Positions 22,985-36,678 of a stretch of DNA of 64,000 bases are shown piece after piece (the first letter of the stretch is position 1; every line of letters begins with the position of its first letter). The notes beneath the pieces are model-generated. The model worked only from the letters and a program-made list of their open reading frames with translations, was not told the DNA's origin and ran no database searches. The position numbers and the translations under genes were made by a program. The DNA lies in NCBI RefSeq assembly GCF_035084215.1, contig NC_090355.1, positions 15,934,001 to 15,998,000 on the forward strand, given 5' to 3'. This DNA is from Heptranchias perlo. Lineage: Eukaryota.

Positions 22985-25059
22985 ATTGCATCTCAAGTGA
23001 AGTGCAGCCTGTGAGGACTGTGTTCCTCAGGCATGCCAATCTAGGTGTGCCTCTGCCTGCAGATAAGGGTCTGTGGGTAACAGCGGGTACAGGCGGTCCA
23101 TATCCTCTGCCTGGCTATTTTCCTTTCCTGCTTTTCTTCCTCCTCCAAATAACACAAACACAATGGTATTTCCCTTGACAATATCCATGTTGTACAGTAT
23201 AGCTGCTGCAACTGGAAATATCTTTGCCAAAAACAACAGCTACATCATGGCCATGGGTTCTGCTGAGCCACTTTGTGATTCCAACTGCATGGGCCCACTG
23301 AAGAAACAAAGGAGCCTTCATGAGCAGAACCTTGTGAGCATGTCACCTGTTTCATTGCATGAGACAATGCAGGCTGATCTGGATAGAGTTTGGGATTCTT
23401 CCAACCAATCGGATAATGTTGTGCATCAAGAGTGACAAGTACAATTGGAACATCACATAAAACAGAGTTCCCCTACATTACATCAGTGACAACATTTCAA
23501 AAGTATTCATTGGCTGTCAAGTGCTATGGGACATCCTGAGGTTGTAAATACAAATTCTCTCTTTCTTTCTTTCTCTCTTCCTCTATCATGAATGTTCTAA
23601 CAGGCATTCAGGTTCACAGCCCAAGATGCAATAAAGATTGGACTTGAAATTCTTCAAAACACACTGGAGACAGCCATGCAGGAGGGATCAGAGACCTTGC
23701 AGTAGTGCAATGGTTCCTGTTGACAGAGATCTGTGGCAGCAGTCAGGACTCGACTTCCAATTGTGCCATGCGTGCAGGAGCATAGAAACAGACGTATTCC
23801 TCAAGTTGTCAGAAGTCCCTTGCTACTCAGTGGAAGGAAAAGAACCCCCAAAGGCCTCTAAAGCCATAATAAAAAAAGCCTTTTCCTGGTACAAAGGCAA
23901 GACTGTCTGAGTCTACAACACATGGAGGTCGGTGCCGAGCAAAATTGCAAACATGTTTTCGGGAATCCTTCATTCTTGCTCCTTTCAATTGGAAATTACT
24001 TGGGGTAGTACATGAGAAAGAACATGGCACACGAGTACACAAGGACGAAAGGACGGTACAGCGGCACGTCACATTACACATACTGCAGACGTACACTTTT
24101 ACATTACTAAAACTAAATGCTGAACACAGTAAAGATCAACTATTACTTTTTAATATAAAGTCAGTGCAAAAAATAGTTTAACACATAATATTTGGAGGAA
24201 AACAGCATTTAGTTTTGTGCCCAAAATAAAAGCTCTGGCAATTTTAGTTAAAATGTGTAAAGTTCTGCTTTCTGTTTGCAAAAAGGACCATGCGCAGACC
24301 TTGAGGGGAAAAAATTACTGATCTTGCCCTTTGTACCTGTGCTACTTGGTAAAAAGTACCACAATTTAAGCACAAAGTAATATTTGTTTTGAGTTTTTGT
24401 ACTTTTAAAAATACATTTGGGTCAATGCCAACAGCAGTGAAGTACAACATACCAAACAGAAGACAGATATGACATTTGGAAACCAATCAGAAAGTGCTTG
24501 CAGTAGATAAAATACTTCAGGTTTAGATAAAATGAAAGTGCATTTAGCCCTAAAATAAAGTGTGTTTATCATTCTAGTACAATATCAATAAAGCCCATTA
24601 CTGCTCAAAAAGTAAAGTGATATGCATTAAATTCAAGTATATGGACATTAATTCAACTCATTATCACTCATAAAATTCTTCGCAAATGAACCATTTCTTT
24701 GTTACTTGCGAATGATGCCGAGAGGATGGCATGGATAGAGGCTGGCTGTTGTAAAATGTATTGGCCCAATCTTACCCCAGCAAGTATATATTCTAATCTT
24801 TTTTTAAATTCATGTTTAGTTTCTTGCACCAGATACATTTTCTAATGATCAGGATTGACAGATGAGTCTAGGGGAGAAAGAATATTAAAACATCTTGTAA
24901 ACCTACACAAACTAAAACAAAAGATTAATAAATACATTTTTAAAATAGTAAATGATACTGACAAGATCTTCACACTACATCCAATAGCACTGGCTAACAA
25001 GGTCCCTTTATGTGACTGCAATAAAATTATAGGTACTGGGCAGGCTTTTTATTTACACA

Positions 25060-25221
25060 AAAGCAAAATACTACAGATGCTGGAAATCTGAAATAAAAAC
25101 ATGAAGTGCTGGAATGCTCAGAAACATCAGAACTCAGACAGATCATCGACCTGAAACATTAACCCTGTTTCTCTCCCCACAGATGCTGCCTGATCTGCTG
25201 AGTGTTTTCTAGCATTTTCTC
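25060..25221. mobile_element. Short Penelope-like fold-back insertion, family B
   Basis: Same start as the 22063 copy (aaagcaaaatact...ctggaa...ctgaaataaaa), followed by an inverted segment of the same family. Flanked by the direct repeat tttatttacaca (25048-25059 and 25222-25233). Confidence 0.7.
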
Positions 25222-28029
25222 TTTATTTACACAGTGGCTCCACTTTTATATGACCTCAGACATGAGGCCTCGGAGTCATTTGGTTCAATATTTTAGCCCT
25301 GTTAATTCCACTTTCAATTTCTGAACGTGCAGACAATTTTTCAACACCCTTTTTATTGTTATAATGATTTGTGGCTCAGGACAACATTCCCTGCAATAAG
25401 TAAATCTACTCCACTATAGTGAGACATAACACCTCTCAAGATAGGCAGAACTGAGTGTGACAGCCAGTCAACACTCAAATCCAACTGATGAAGAAACAGC
25501 TCTCAGAAATGGAGCAGCAGCACCTTTATGTAGGCTGCAGACCAAGTGCTAGAAAGTGGGATTAGGCTGGGTAACTCTATTTCAACCGGCACAGACACGA
25601 TAGGCCGAATGGCCTCCTTCTGTGCTATAAATTTTCTATGTTTTTATGTTTACGGGTAAAGAGTAAAATCAATATGTGGGACAGTGCATGCTTGTCGGAA
25701 AGGTTCAGCATACAATCCATGGAACAGTACTTTTATCGGACTAACTAAACAATTTATGTATAGTTAACACATAGAGAAAATTTTATTTCATCGGCAGAGT
25801 AATGCTGTCTGCCAATAACAAATTCCTCCACCTTCAATATTGATATTGGAATTTCTCTCTGCTTTAGTCAGCAGTGACATAGGTTTGACAGCAGCTGATT
25901 GTTCCAGAGATTTTACTGGATGATTTAATTGATTTCTACAGGATATTAAAAAAGGATCATGATATTAATCAGATACTGCAGCCAAGAATACATATACAAT
26001 TGGCACATCTTCTCATATTTTTTTAATCCATTGAGACCAGCATTACCATTTTCAGAGAAATCTGAGGCAAAGTGACGTGGGAGAAAATTGCTCTACCAAA
26101 TGAAGATTGGGGAAAAGTTGAGGGAACATTATCCATTATGAAACATTTTGTGTGAGAACATGATACCGTTGTAAAAGGGGAGGATAGTAGAACAACAACT
26201 TGTAATCAGATAGTATCTTGAAAGTAGAAAATGCCACAATGCACTTTACAAAAACATGAGGAAAACAGACACTAATTCAAAGGAGAGCTTAGGAGGGGTG
26301 ACCAAAATCTTGGCCAAAGACTTGTGTTTTAAGGAGTGTCTTCAAGGAAGAGGGGGAGGTGGAGCGACAGAGAGGTTTAGGGAAAGATTTGTAGAGTGCG
26401 ACCTGGAAGGGGAGTGGGGTCAGTGTGGGCCAAAGATAATGGCTTCAATCTTTGCAATGTTTAACTGGAGGAAGTTACAACCCATCCAAGATGGATGGTG
26501 GCCATGTAGTTTGACACCACAGAGATAGTGAAGGGTTTGAGAGAGGTAGGACTGGGTGTCATCAGCCTACATGTTGAAGCTGACCCAATGTCTGCAGAAG
26601 ATGTCGCTTGCCATCAGCACTCCCCATGCTGCAAAGTATTGTCCATTGTCATTTCTTGTGGATTGTGGGGAAAAATTATGATTCAGTTTGACTGCTAACA
26701 GAAGCAGTATTTTCCAGGCTTTTTAACCTTCCTTTAACTCCTCGGGTGAATGCAGATACAACTGTGCTAATCCTGGTATAAGGACTTCAAAATCCTGGCA
26801 AAAGAAAAGACCAATTGACCTATCAGGCCACAGGCCATCCCTTGTCTGTTGTATTTAATCCATTTCATCTCCCATGAGAAGGCTCTGCAAAGGTTTACTC
26901 TCCTTTCCATCGATCAGAAGCAAAACCCCAGACTATGTATCGAACCTTACATTGTACATCTTGAACCAGTTATTTCTTTGTGTTTTATTACCACGTTTGC
27001 AGCAGTTCAGAAACCATCTTCCACATAGTTTTCAGTTATCACTAATCCCCATTAATCCTCAATCCCTAACCTAATCAGATATTTATCCAGCTCATTTTTG
27101 AAGACATTAAACAACACATTTAAACAACTGACTGAAATTTTTAAAATATATGAAAAAATGGGCCCATGTTTTATCAGCTATTTAAAAAATCCTAAAGTCA
27201 ATTGATTTGAAAACATTGCTAAGTTTTAATCTCATTCCTGTTAGAGATTCTGCAATGCCCTCTACTGGAAAGCAGAAGCACATAGGTGGAATGATTACTT
27301 GATCATCAAAAGAGATTGCTGTATTGTGTCAGTGTTTACAGAGACATGTGGTGAATATAAACTCTTAAAAGCTAAGCATTCAAAAGTAAGACAAAGTGTG
27401 CTGTTACACAGAGCTTTGTGGTTAAAGGACACTTAGAAACAAGTTCTTTATGATTATTAAGATCAGGATTATTGGTACATAAAGGCACGTTTTTATTTTT
27501 CAGAAATCCAAAAATAGTTGGAAATTGTTATTCCCTGATTGTTGTTGTCAAGGCAGGACTCCCTATTCTGTTGTGACATTTTGTATAAGTAATACAATGC
27601 AAGATAGCACCTCACTGTATCTCCTCTTAGACAAGATGACTTTTGAAAGTGGAATTATGCTCTGATTGTTTTCAAATGCAGAAGGGAATTCTAATGTGAA
27701 TTGCTTCCATGACCTAGGCCCGAACAGATAAAAGATTCAGCCTATTTCCTCAAACATGCAAAATTATAGGATAATGAACAGTATGCAATGTGTAAAAAGG
27801 CAGTAACACATCACTGTGTCAGCCTGGCTCAGTGGTAGCAGTCTGACGTAAGTGCAGTACTAAGGGAATGCTGCATGATTAATGATGCCGTCCCTTACAT
27901 GAGACATTATGCCTGTTCAGGTAGATATAAAAGACTGTCCTTCATTCACTAATGTCACTGGAAATTTTGGTATGAATAGAAAGTAGAGAAACCTGACTAA
28001 TGCTCACACCAACTTTACACTATCATTTG

Positions 28030-28560
28030 TTATCCTCTTCTTTATTGTCTATGTACTTTAGTATGCCTTTTTCTTTAGTTTGAACTTTACCCTTATCTCT
28101 TTATTCATCCATGGTGTTTCATTATCGGCTAGTTTGTTCTTGCTTTTTAGAGGAATATATTTCTCCTTCATTCCATTGATCACCATTTTGAATATTATCC
28201 ACTGCTGTTCTATTTCTTTGTCTGTCAACATTTTTTTCCACTTTACCTGCCCTAGTTCTACTTTGATCCCCTCAAAATTAGCTTTTTTCCAATCTATTAC
28301 TTTGATCTTTGTCTTACTTATGTCTTTCTCAATCATTATTTTAAACCTTATTATATTATGATCACTATTGCCCAGATGTTCCCCTAAGCTTACGTCTCTT
28401 AACTGTTCTGGTTCATTTCCCATTACTCGATCCAGCAGTGATTTGTTTCTTGTTGGGCTTCTCACATACTGGGTAAGAAAGGAGTCATGTACACACTGTA
28501 AAAACTCCATTCCCTTCTTTCCTTTCCCTGCCTCTTCTTGCCAGTTTATTTGGGGGGTTA
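28030..28560 (-). mobile_element. CR1 LINE internal ORF2 fragment (endonuclease C-terminus and linker)
   Basis: FLTQYVRSPTR...LDRVM...HLGNSDHNIIRF...DWKKANF...TPWMNKEIR. Confidence 0.85.
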
Positions 28561-29019
28561 AATTTTACAGATTCATAATCCGTGTCTAAAACAAAATGAA
28601 GAAAGTTAATTATCGATCTTTAAGGTTAATTGGCTTTCTTGCCCAATCACACTCCTTTTATTATGTGCCAAAAAGGCTAGAATCCAAAGACACAAACTTA
28701 GCATGGTACCAGTATTACATTGACAAGGGAACTGAAAGGTATTGTTTGAGAAAAGAACAGGGAAACATAAAACAATTGGAGACTTGAAGTGGCATAACTA
28801 AGCGGTTCAGACACTCTCATCAACCCTGAGAATGAACCCACAGAAGTCGTTGTGCTCAACAACAGCAAACCTCTCCTGGGATTTAATTTGTTGTTAGCTC
28901 ACTGGTTGTGCATTGAGTGTTTCCTCCCTTTATTTAATGCACTTGTGAAAATGCACAGGAGTTACTCATTGTGCAATCTTGGTTCTAGGTTGTGTTACAA
29001 TTAAATGTATAACTGAGCA

Positions 29020-29390
29020 GCCCTCACCTACGCTCTTCATCTTTGGTCACCCAGTGTGTATGGGCGGGTGGTGTCGGGCGTGGTGTGGGGCGTGAGTAGT
29101 GGATCTCCCGGTCGCCTGCCACAGGTCCAGGATGCATATAATCGATGGTGAGGGCGTACTCTGAATGCTTTCCCTCCTCCGAGGACTCGTACATGTCCGG
29201 GTGACTCTGGGGCGGGATCATGCGGTGCCCATCAGTTCACTTCAAGCCTTTTGCGGCCAGTGGGCACCACTGGAGTTACCAGTTTTCATTGACTATCAAA
29301 ATAAACTCGCATGCATTTTTGGTTTGTTGGGAGCCAATTGTTTTAGTGGGGCCCTCCTTATAAAAGGGGTCACTTGTCAGAAATTGATGA
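29020..29390 (+). mobile_element. Degenerate second Tx1-like 3' fragment
   Basis: acgctcttcatctttggtcacccag matches about 18003-18027; similar gcccc..aaaagggg hairpin in the tail. Confidence 0.6.
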
Positions 29391-30454
29391 TTATTTTGTG
29401 GCAGATGCCATTTGTTGGTTCAAACAAAATAGAACAACTGAGCAGCCAATCAGTGAAAAAACTGTAATTATCCATGAACCCCTTAATAGGAAAGCAGGGA
29501 CCCTGAATAATGCTCGGTGCGATAGACATTTAGGCCTTGGTGAAGTTCAGTCCAGAATGGCTAAGTTCTAGTACAAGTCCAGCCAGGTACATTTTCTTGA
29601 TTATCTCATTTCCATAATAATTTACAGTTCCCAGTGCAGCTTTAGCCCTGCGCTAGTCTAACAGAGGCACTAGAAAATCATGGTACAGGTAACATTTAAA
29701 CGAGTATGGCTGCTTCAAGGTAAGTTCTTGCATTGGATGGAAACATTTTGAGAGCGTTTAGAAAGACTCAAAAGGCAATTAAACTCATTGGCATGCTGTT
29801 TGATCCATTAGCAGCCTTTACCAAGGCTAAAGGTGCAATAGAGGAGGGTGGGGTGTGGCGGGGGGGAGTGCAAGGCAAAAGTAAAGTGAAAGGGCACCCA
29901 ATGTGGTAGCATGATAGCGACTGAGGTCAAGTGATTGAGTGGTGCACCAATCTCCGAATCATGCTTGGTGAAGTAGACATTATACTGCATGAAATAGGTA
30001 CCAAAAGGGGTGCCTACTCTTCACATAGGCAGTAGTTCAGCATGTCTGCAATAAAGCTGAGACAGGAAAGATAAGGGCTAAAATGAACTTCACAGACACT
30101 AGCAGTTCTGTGCTTATGGTGCAGGTTGGCAGTAGGTATCTTTGCAACAGATAACAAAGCCCTGCAAATGGCTTGCTGCTGATATGACCTCCTTGCAGTG
30201 ATCAAGGGGTTTTATGACATATAATCCCTTTTACTCACTGCCAGCAGTTTACGGCTATCACAGGCTGGGAGGATATACATGGTCTATTGAATGCTGAAGC
30301 TTGTGGAGATGGGACCAATAAAAACAGATTAAGCAGTCATTCATTTCATTGCTATTTGTGGGGTCTTGCCATATCCAAAATAGCTGTTGGATTTTCCTAC
30401 ATAACAGGCACACTGTAGCATAGAAGGTAAGCATTGTGATCATTTTCTCTTAGG

Positions 30455-30640
30455 AAAACTCATTGTGCCTTTGCTGGCTCTTTGAAAGAGCTATCCAATT
30501 AGTCCTATCTAGGTCTTTCCCCATGGCCCTGCAATTTTTTCCCCTTCAAGTATTTATCCAATTCCCTTTTGAAAGTTACTATTGAATCTGCTTCCATCAC
30601 CTTTTCAGACAGTGCAGTCCAGATCATAATAACTCACAGC
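30455..30640 (-). mobile_element. CR1 3'-end fragment
   Basis: Reverse complement of the tail seen at about 4790-4930 and 55320-55470. Confidence 0.75.
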
Positions 30641-32187
30641 GTAAAGTGGTTCAGATGATGTTGCTCCTTGGATGCAGTTGTGGTTCCAGGAGCTTATACA
30701 GATCTCACCCCTGTTGAGACACTGCCTACTTGCATGCTGTTCCTCACTGAGATCTCGGTCGGGTGCACGTTGACAGTAGTCACCTTGCAGTGCTATACCA
30801 AGTTCTGAAACTTTGCTTTCTGTGCCCTTCAACCACCTGGGCCAAGGTTTCCCATTGTTGCTGCTGCTCCTCTAAACTGTACCATTGACAAACTTGATGC
30901 CACACCCATATTTGTGTGTACTACCTGTAGAAAATGATGTAGAGTTCTATTATTGGTAATGTGTTTGACTCTGCTCATGCTGGAAGTCTCCTAGTTCCCT
31001 CCGTAATATGGGAATCAAGAAGATCGCTAGTAAATTTGAACATTCCACGTTTGCAGCAATCAGTAAAATTATCAGAATGCTGAACTGCATTGCCAAGTCC
31101 ATAAAGCATGGGTCTGAGGATGCCGTGATGAAACTCTCAAAATTCTTATCCCGTAATGCAAAATTGGCAGATGTATTTGGTGTTCCTTGGTGTTACAGGT
31201 GCAAGCTGGTTGCCACTTGGCCTTAGTAGAGTTTGTTTATGTTATTAGTAATGTCCACTCATCTTGATAACACTCCAATAATGTATCTTCATGTTATGCT
31301 ATGGATAGAAAGCAGAGCCAACAATCAGTCAATACATCAAGTGAAAAGAAGGAAAAATCTTGACAGAAATCTAATACCCTGAAAAAAACATAGACTGCAA
31401 TCCGCCAATGATATTCCAACATTTTTATATGGTTGAAAAATTCCATAAAGTCAAAAATAAAAATTTATGTGATTGAAAAGGTCATTGGTGGTGAGCAAAG
31501 AAGTGAGATATTGAAAACATCTCTTGGCTTGCAACAGACTTCCTCTGGTCAGGCTTTTCTAACCTGAAGTCACTGTTACACTATTTGTATGTAGTTGGTT
31601 TCAATTATTGAGTGAAGCAATGGTTTAGAAATGCTAATGATCTCTATAACGTGTTGCAATAGAAAATTGAAGTAAAAATTTTCTAACAAAAAAAACAAAG
31701 TTGTTCTAACAACCTGCTTAGTGGGCTATATCATTTCTTCGCTCACTAATTGAGAATGAAAATAAACTTGCAAGAAGTATAGTTCACTGCCTGTACAAAG
31801 TGCTGTTAGAACTGTTCATCTGTGCTTAGCACTGTTCTGAATAGTCCTACACCTCCATAAATGAATTAATGAATATTTGTGAAAAGCCAGGAAAAAAGCT
31901 GCTAATTGCCTGTTAACACCATTAATGAGGAACTTGCACAGTCAAACGGAAAAGTAAACATTGTACTTCTTTTCAGACCTTGAATTAGATGGCTAAATAA
32001 TGCAAATATTTTAAAATTATCAACACGGCAGTTACAGAAATGATTGGTGGACAGCAGTTTCTGTCAGAGAGCATGGGTTTTGCCACCATTTGTGGGTACA
32101 TTGCAGTAGGAGAAGGAGAGAGCAGTTTGTGAATGCAGAGGAAATTAGAGGGGCATGACTCACAGTGGGTGGTATCCCAAGCAGTTG

Positions 32188-32393
32188 GTCCACTGCAACA
32201 GAGTCAACTACCTGGGCATGACAGGGCAATGCATGAGGTGGCTCAGACTCAGCAGGAAGGCTGCGGCTGAAGTGTGCCCCTCTAGTGCACAGAGGACAGT
32301 CACCCTCTGGGATGCACAATGGCAGTGAAGGTCATTACTGTCCTCAACTATCATGCCATCTGGAACTTCCAGTCATGGATAGGGGACACTAGC
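32188..32393 (+). pseudogene. Old Harbinger transposase fragment
   Basis: Translates in pieces to VHCNRVNYLGMTGQCMRWLRLSRKAAAEVC and AVKVITVLNYHAIWNFQSWIGDTS, parallel to AVKVTTALNSFSSTSFQGATGDIA in the 8.9-9.2 kb copy. Confidence 0.65.
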
Positions 32394-32959
32394 CTTTGAA
32401 TAATTGGCATTTTCTTTTCTATACAATATAACAATTACAGGCTACAAGATGTAGTGAAAGAGGATTGATTTATTTTGTGTTTCAGCACGTGTTCAATGTA
32501 TTTTGTTGGTGTATTTTCTCCGAGTCACCACGCTCCTCAGTTGAAGTAGTATCACTGACGGGTGGCTCCCCAGCCAACTGGCAACCTGCATGGGATACAG
32601 AAGATCTACTTACACCTGATGCCAGTTTAAATTTGCCCATAATGCTATTGTGGCTGATGGTGAGACCCAAACCTCTCCAGTATTTTTGGCATTTTTTTCT
32701 ACAATATATTCTTCAGTTTTCCTGTAATTTGTAAATGAAAATGCAGGTACCAAAACCATGACGTTTGTACAGAATTCTGTAATTATATTGGTAACGCCTC
32801 AAGATTTACATTTGCTGTTTATTGTAAGAGTGTGAAATTTGACCTTGATCTGCAACTTTTTGTTTCAGTTTGTAAGAATATGAAACAGAAAAGTAAGGAA
32901 GCTGCCAGGCCAGTCAAAGACATTGTGCCCAGGGCAAAAGATGAATTTCATTTTGTGAT

Positions 32960-33612
32960 TTTTTTTTATTCATTCATGGGATGTGGGCGTCGCTGGCAAG
33001 GCCAGCATTTATTGCCCATCCCTAGTTACTCTTGAGAAGGTGGTGGTGAGCTGCCTTCTTGAACCGCTGCAGTCTCTGTGGTGAAGGTTCTCCCACAGTG
33101 CTGTTAGGTGGAGAGTTCCTGGATTTTGTCCCAGCGACGATGAAGGAACGGCGATATATTTCCAAGTCAGGATGGTGCATGACTTGGAGGGGAATGCGCA
33201 GGTAGTGGTGTTCCCATACATCTGCTGCCCTTGTCCTTCTGGATAGTAGAGGTCACGGGTTTGGGAGGTGCTGTCAAAGAAGCCTTGGCAAGTTGCTGCA
33301 GTGCATCTTGTAGATGGTACACACTGCAGCCACAATGCACCGATGGTGGAGTGTGGTGGATGGGGTGCCAATCAAGCGGGTTGCTTTGTCCTGAATGGTG
33401 TTGAGCTTCTTGAGTGTTGCTGGACCTGCACTCATCCAGGCTAGTGGAGAGTATTCCATCACACTCCTGACTTGTGCCTTGTAGATGGTGGAAAGGCTTT
33501 GGGGAGTCAGGAGGTGAGTCACATGCCACAAAATATCCTGCCTCTGGTCTGCACTTGTAGCCACAGTATTTATGTGGCTGGTCCAGTTAAGTTTCTGGTC
33601 AATGGTGACCAG
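32960..33612 (-). mobile_element. Same LINE family, 3' fragment
   Basis: VTIDQKLNWTSHIN...YKAQVRSVMEYSPLAWMSAGPATLKKLNTIQDKATRLIG. Confidence 0.88.
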
Positions 33613-33812
33613 ATGCTTCATCAATGGATGCTTCATCAATCAGTTCCTGCTCCCTTTTCCAACGAGATCCCTTGTAACTTCTCCAAGTGACTGGTTTGAT
33701 CCTCTGTCCCAAACCTCATGTACACAGCCTTATAAATGCAGAATTCCAATAGATGAACTATGTCATCTCATAGTCCCCCCCCCCGCCCCCCCTGCCCCAA
33801 CATACACTCTCT

Positions 33813-33834
33813 TACACACACACACACACACACA
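33813..33834. repeat. (CA)n microsatellite
   Basis: Direct read. Confidence 0.9.
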
Positions 33835-35043
33835 GTTACCCTTTCCTGGCTGAGTTTGAAAAATAGACATGCACCCACAGTCCTCCAATGTATTTCTCAC
33901 ATGGCACACATTACTGATCAATTTAAGTTGACCTTTGATGGCTCTAGTCATCCACTCAGCTTTCATGTGCTCAAACAATTTATCCAACTTAAAAGAAAAA
34001 AACACCCTGCCTCTTGCTGACAGCCAACCTCAAAGTCCATCACTGTACATTTATTCCTGAAATCTCACTATTCTGACGGAGCCAGCCCATTGATACCGGC
34101 TGTACTGAAAACCAAACAGGCTACAGCAGCACCTGCCATTACTTTTCATTTAAATTATCCAGTCCAAGTGACTGTCGTGGAGAAAAAAACTGAACCGAGT
34201 GTGGGAGGAGTAGAGCTAAAGTGGACTTTGCAGAGATTTTATCTTAAATATCAAATAACTTTAAAAAAAACAATATTTCTATTTGTACATTTTAAGTGAG
34301 TGACTCACTCTTTTTAAATGTGTTTTTCTCCCCTTTCCCCGCTCTCTCCATACCACACAGCATTCCTAACTATGGGGAGCAAGGTTGGTGACCAAACTGC
34401 TCCTCAACTTGCCATTGCTGCTCTGCAGCCACCAACTAGGAAATGTGCACTAAGGGCAGGGGAGACTCTACCCCCAATCTCATTTCCTGACCTGCATAGT
34501 GAGAGCACACCATTATATGGAGTCCCAATTCATCAACTATGGTGGATTATTTTCTCTGTGCACTATGTCTAACAAAAGCAGAGACCCATTGTTAAAGAAC
34601 TGATTTTGTGACACATGATGCAGAGAGGAAATCATTCCCCTAGTTTCTTAATTATAGAAAATACCTGTAGCTGTAGTAAACTGCTAATTGTAGGAAACGA
34701 CTATATGTCTGTTGATGGGTTAACATTTGCCTTGTGCACTTTGTCTGCAGTGCACGCTATTCTTTGTTTCAACTTTTTGTTTACAAATAGTTCTGTGATA
34801 GCCAGCAAGAACACTACTGCACCTGAATGCACTAATGTTACAGTAGTGTTCACCAGTGTGCACCCAAAGAAATGGGCAAGATATTTTAATCGGAAATATG
34901 AGACTGTAAAATATCGTTTCAAAATTACACAAATATCTTCTCAGACTTTGTAACTGTCTCAATAATGTTTCAAATTATGTTGCATCAATGGGTTGCAAAT
35001 TCTTGAACTCTTACTATATGGTTTCAAAGCCTCTGCAGCTGGA

Positions 35044-36678
35044 AATCATGGAATCATAGAAAGGTTACAGCAAGGAAGGAGGCCATTCAGCCCATTGGGT
35101 CCATGCCGGCTCGATGCAAAAGCAATCCAGCTAGTCCCACTATGCTGCCCTATCCCCGTAGCCCTGAAAATTTTTTACTTTCAAGTGCTTATCCAGTTCC
35201 CTTTTGAAGGCCATGATTGAATCTGCCTCCACCACCCCCTCGGGCAGTGCATTCCAGATCCTAACCACTTGCTGTGTAAAAAGTTTTTTCTCATGTCACC
35301 TTTTGTTCTTTTGCCAATCACCTTAAATCTATGTCCTCTGGTTCTTGACCCGTCCACTAATAAGAACAGTTTCTCTCTTTCTACTCTGTCGAGACCCTTC
35401 ATGATTTTGAATACCTCCATCAAATCGCCTGGCAACCTTCTCTGTTCCAAGGAGAACAACCCCAGCTTCTCCAGTCTATCCACGTAATTAAAGTCCCTCA
35501 TCCCTGGAATCATTCCAGTAAGTCTCTTCTGCACCCTCTCTAAGGCCTTCACATCTTTCCCAAAGTGCAGTGCCCAGAATTGGACACGATACTCCAGTTG
35601 TGGCCGAACTGGTGCTTTATAAAGGTTCATCATGACTTCCATACTTTTGTACTCTACGCCTCTATTTATAAAGCTCAGGATCCAGTATGCTTTTTTAACC
35701 GCTTTCTCAACCTGCCCTGCCACCTTTGACAATTTGTGCACACATACCCCCAGATCTCTCTGTTCCTGTATCCCTTTTAGAGTTGTGCCCTCGAGTTTAT
35801 ATTGCCTCTCCTCGTTCTTCCTACCAAAATGTATCACTCTGCATTAAATTTCATCTGCCACGTGTCCACCCATGCCACCAGCCTGTCTATATCCTGTTGA
35901 AGTCTATCACTATCCTCCTCACTGTTTACTACCTTCCAAGTTTTGTGTCATCTGCAAATTTGGAAATTGTGCCCTGTACACCCAAGTCCAAGTTATTAAT
36001 ATATATCAAGAAAAGCAGTGGTCCCAGCACTGACCCCTGGGGAACACCACTGTACACTCCCCCCAGTCCAAAAAACAACTGTTCACCACTACTCGCTGTT
36101 TCCTGTCACTTAGCCAATTCTGTATCCATGTTGCTACTGCCCCCTTTATTCCATGGGCTGCAACTTGATGATAAGCCGACCATGCGGCACTTTATCAAAC
36201 GCCTTTTGAAAGTCCATATAACCACATCAACTACATTGCCCTCATCTACCCTTTCAGTTACCTCATCAAAAAACTCTATCAGGTTAGTTAAACACGATTT
36301 ACCTTTAACAAATCTGTACTGGTTTTCCCTGATCAATCCACACTCATCCAAGTGACTGTTAATTCTGTCCCAGATTATCATTTCAAAAAGTTTCCCACCA
36401 CTGAGGTTAAACTAACTGGCCTATAGTTGCTGGGTTTATCCTGACACCCTTTTTTGAACAAGGGTGTAAAATTTGCAATTCTCCAGTCCTCTGGCACCAC
36501 CCTTGTATCTACGGATGTTTGGAAGATTATGACCAGTACCTCCGCAATTTCCACCCTTACTTCCCTCAGCAACCTAGGATGCATCCCATCCGGACCGGGT
36601 GATTTATCTACTTTAAGTACAGCTAGTCTTTATTTATTTTTAGCCCATCCAATATCTCAACTATATCTTCCTTTACTG
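35044..36678 (-). mobile_element. CR1 LINE fragment (frameshifted RT domain to 3' end)
   Basis: HPRLLRE..VPEDWRIAN..PLFKKG..NYRPVSLTSVVG; GKSCLTNLIEFFDEVT; VRPQLEYRVQFW...RRLPGDLMEVFKIMKG. Confidence 0.93.

Noticed and set aside
23073-23435. 120-aa ORF as a novel gene
   Set aside because: GTG start, no splice or promoter context and no homology; the opposite strand may be a decayed transposase tail.
25484-25500. CTGATGAAGAAAC as a further hammerhead
   Set aside because: No stem II between the core and GAAA, and no family context.
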